From: Octopus vulgaris
Taxonomy: Eukaryota
DNA length: 64,000 bases
Reading direction: 5' to 3'
Assembly (NCBI GenBank): GCA_951406725.2
Contig: OX597824.1
Coordinates: forward strand, 19,034,001-19,098,000
Of this stretch, positions 61,027 through 64,000 are shown piece by piece. A model generated the notes under the pieces. That model saw only the letters and a program-made list of their open reading frames with translations. It was not told the DNA's origin and ran no database searches. A program made the position numbers and the translations under genes. Position 1 is the first letter of the stretch; each line of letters starts with the position of its first letter.

Positions 61027-61081
61027 ACTAAATATATGTGTGTATATATATGTATAAATGTATTATATATGTATATGTATA

Positions 61082-61182
<101 letters not shown>

Positions 61183-61339
61183 ATTTGATATTGTTAAATT
61201 TCCAAAGTGGTGTCGCAAGTACTTGCATTACAGCCACTACGATCGCCATCACGATCATCAGCAACAATTTCATCGTTGCCAATATCACTCCTACAACTAC
61301 TACTACTACAACTGCTGCTGCTGCTGCTTCCACTACTAT

Positions 61340-61375
<36 letters not shown>

Positions 61376-61779
61376 CACCACTACTACTATCGCTGCTGCT
61401 GCCACTGCTCTTATTACTATTAATGCTACTACTACCACTGCTGCTGCTGCTACTACTACTACTACTACTACTACTACATCCGCTGCGGCTGCGGCTGCTG
61501 CTGATGCTTTCTACTACCATGGCTTTTATCATCCTGTCTCAACCCCCCACCCCACCCCACCCCGCCAGTATTTCCATGCACACAGACACAGACAAACACA
61601 CACTCGTACAGATACACACACATACACACACACACACACATCATAAGCAGCATCATGTCACACAACAATCCTAATCAGCAGCAGCAGCATCACCACCGCC
61701 ATGGTCAGTACCACTAATACTGCCACACAAACTCCACAAACATGATCATAGCCACCATCTTCACTACCACCACCACCAT

Positions 61780-61922
61780 CAACATCTATTTTGGTCAGTT
61801 CATTTCGTGTCCAGTTAAGGATATTGTAGCTGTAACTTATAACTGGGACAGCTAAAGTGTTAATACCTATTATCTTGTTTTTGGCATTGAGCTCTGTTTT
61901 TAGTATTGATCTAACTCGTCGG
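61780..61922 (-). mobile_element. Internal fragment of an R4/Dong-like LINE (post-RT thumb region)
   Basis: RRVRSILKTELNAKNKIIGINTLAVPVISYSYNILNWTRNELTKID. Confidence 0.7.
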
Positions 61923-62014
61923 CTATCATTATTACCGCGCATGTCTTCTCATGCCGTTTCATCACCATTGTCACATTTACTATTAGCACTTCCGGTATTA
62001 TTAGCGGCATCGAA

Positions 62015-62652
62015 AGCGGCGAGCTGGCAGAATCATTAGCACGCCGGGCGAAATACTTAGAGGTATTTCGACCGTCTTTACGTTCTGAGTTCAAAATCCG
62101 CCGAGGTCGACTTTGTCGTTCATCTTTTTACGGTCGATAAATAAAATACCACTTGCGTACTGGGGTCGATATAATCGACTTTCCCCCACCCCGCCCCTAA
62201 AATAAAATTTCGAGCCCTGTGCCTAGAATAGAAAAGATTATTGACGGATTTTAAAGCGGCGAGCTGGCAGAAACGTTAGCACGCTGGGCGAAATGCTTAG
62301 AGGTATTTCGTCTGTCTTTACGTTCTGAGTTCAAATTCAGCCGAGGTCGACTTTGCCTTTCATTCCTTCGAGGTCGATTAAATTAAGTACCAGTTACGTA
62401 CTGGGGTCGATCTAATCGACTTAATCCCTTTGTCTGTCCTAGTTTGTCCCCTCTGTGTGTAGCCCCTTGTGGGCAGTAAAGAAATAGGTATTTCGTCTGT
62501 CTTTACGTTCTGAGTTCAAATTCAGCCGAGGTCGACTTTGCCTTTCATTCCTTCGAGGTCGATAAATTAAGTACCAGTTACGTACTGGGGTCGATCTAAT
62601 CGACTCGCCCCCTCCCAAAAAATTTCAGGCCTTGCGCTTAGAGTAGTAAAAT
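62015..62652 (+). mobile_element. SINE family B monomer (62015-62240) followed by a dimer (62255-62652)
   Basis: Heads gcggcgagctggcagaa; dimer junction aaatag|gtatttcg near 62488. Confidence 0.9.
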
Positions 62653-63043
62653 CATTAGTGTAACTGCCACCACCAATGAAATTCAGTGACAGCATGACCA
62701 CCACCAACAACTACGACAACATCACTACAACCAGCAAACAAGAAAACTGCCATGACTATATCAACTACTACCGCCGCTACCAACTTCGAAACTCAACAAC
62801 CGCCACAGACTCAACTTGTAATGCCAACACCACAACGACATTGTCAGCAGAATCACCAACGCCACCACGACAAACACCTACCGTTGCAACTGTTAATACC
62901 AGTGATACAACGACCAATACCAGTATCAGAGCCTTCAATACCACCAGTACAACTACCAATACCATCACTGCATGTACTATCACCACACCCACCAAAACTA
63001 CCACCGTAGCTAGCACAACAACCACCACTACATTCAATACCTG

Positions 63044-63441
63044 CCTCTTTACTACCCACAAGGGGGTAAACACAGAGGGGACAAACAAGGACAGACAAAG
63101 GGATTAAGTCGATTACATCGACCCCAGTGAGTAACTGGTACTTAATTTATCGACCCCAAAAGAATGAAAGGTAAAGTCGACCTCGGCGGAATTTGAACTC
63201 AGAACGTAGCTGCAGACGAAATACCTATTGGGGCTAAACACAGAGGAAACAAACAAGGGCAGACAGACGGATTAAATCGATTATATCGACCCCATTGTGT
63301 AACTGGTACTTAATTAATCGACCCCGAAAGGTTGAAAGGCAATGTCGACCTCAGCAGAATTTGAACTCAGAACGTAACGGCAGACGAAATACCGCTGAGC
63401 ATTTCGCCCGGCGTGCTAACGTTTCTGCCAGCTCGCCGCCT
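63044..63441 (-). mobile_element. SINE family B dimer
   Basis: Two bodies; junction cgaaatac|ctatt near 63225. Confidence 0.88.
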
Positions 63442-64000
63442 TGCTACATTCATTACCACTAACATTAAAACCTCTACCAATACAATTAATACCAGCATCA
63501 ACACAATTACCCCCTCGAAGTTCTTCCATCCCCGTTGACCCCACCAGAAACGCCAACACAACCAACGATACCACAACCTAGGGCAATCACCACAGCGACC
63601 ACTTCCACTACTTCCATCACCACAGCCCCCCCCCCACAACCATTAACACCACAGGCAATACCATCATAATCACAACGCTCAACCCCCCCACCACCACCAC
63701 CACCACAATCACTAACTCCCAAACCACTACCACCACCACCACCACCGCTACCACCGCTACCACAAACTCGAACAACATCATGACTGCCACCAGCACCATC
63801 TCCACCATCACCAAAACAATGTGTCCCTTCGTCTCCTGGGGTCAACATTCAGGAATAATTTGTGCAAAACCTATTACGTCGAATTTAGCTTTGCGCTGGT
63901 CAGTGTGTTTCCATTTATGAGAACCAAACGGACTGGTCAGAGGTTTAAACTGGTGCTTTAATGAACTTTTATCCCGTGTATATGGCAGGATTATGAGGTT

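Noticed and set aside
62676-63107. Thr-rich mucin-like ORF
   Set aside because: Decayed (ACC/ACT)n low complexity running into a SINE tail; no signal peptide or splice support.

Overview
Eukaryotic, AT-rich, extremely microsatellite-dense non-coding DNA. It is most likely from an octopus or other coleoid cephalopod, inferred from the tRNA-headed SINE families and repeat landscape rather than from any marker gene. I find no convincing host protein-coding exon, and nearly all ORFs in the track are translations of simple repeats or SINEs. Recognisable content: (i) three groups of tRNA-derived SINEs (called A, B, C here; about 40 copies or fragments, several with TSDs); (ii) a decayed full-length maT/DD37D transposon (6705-7957) and a decayed mariner DD34D (about 43789-45001); (iii) 3' fragments of several RLE-type (R4/Dong-like) non-LTR retrotransposons, most sitting in (TAA)n, plus CR1-like 3' ends; (iv) a Helitron 3' end, Penelope-like remnants with hammerhead-ribozyme-like motifs, and a MER1/Charlie-like hAT end. 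The two most unusual structures are a ~790-bp element with 61-bp terminal inverted repeats enclosing a 279-bp 28S rRNA 5' fragment (12355-13148), and a 17-copy tandem array of a ~150-bp SINE-head unit separated by variable-length (CT)n spacers, apparently born at a TGCGA microhomology (39269-42937). Coordinates were read by eye and repeat boundaries may be off by a few bases.
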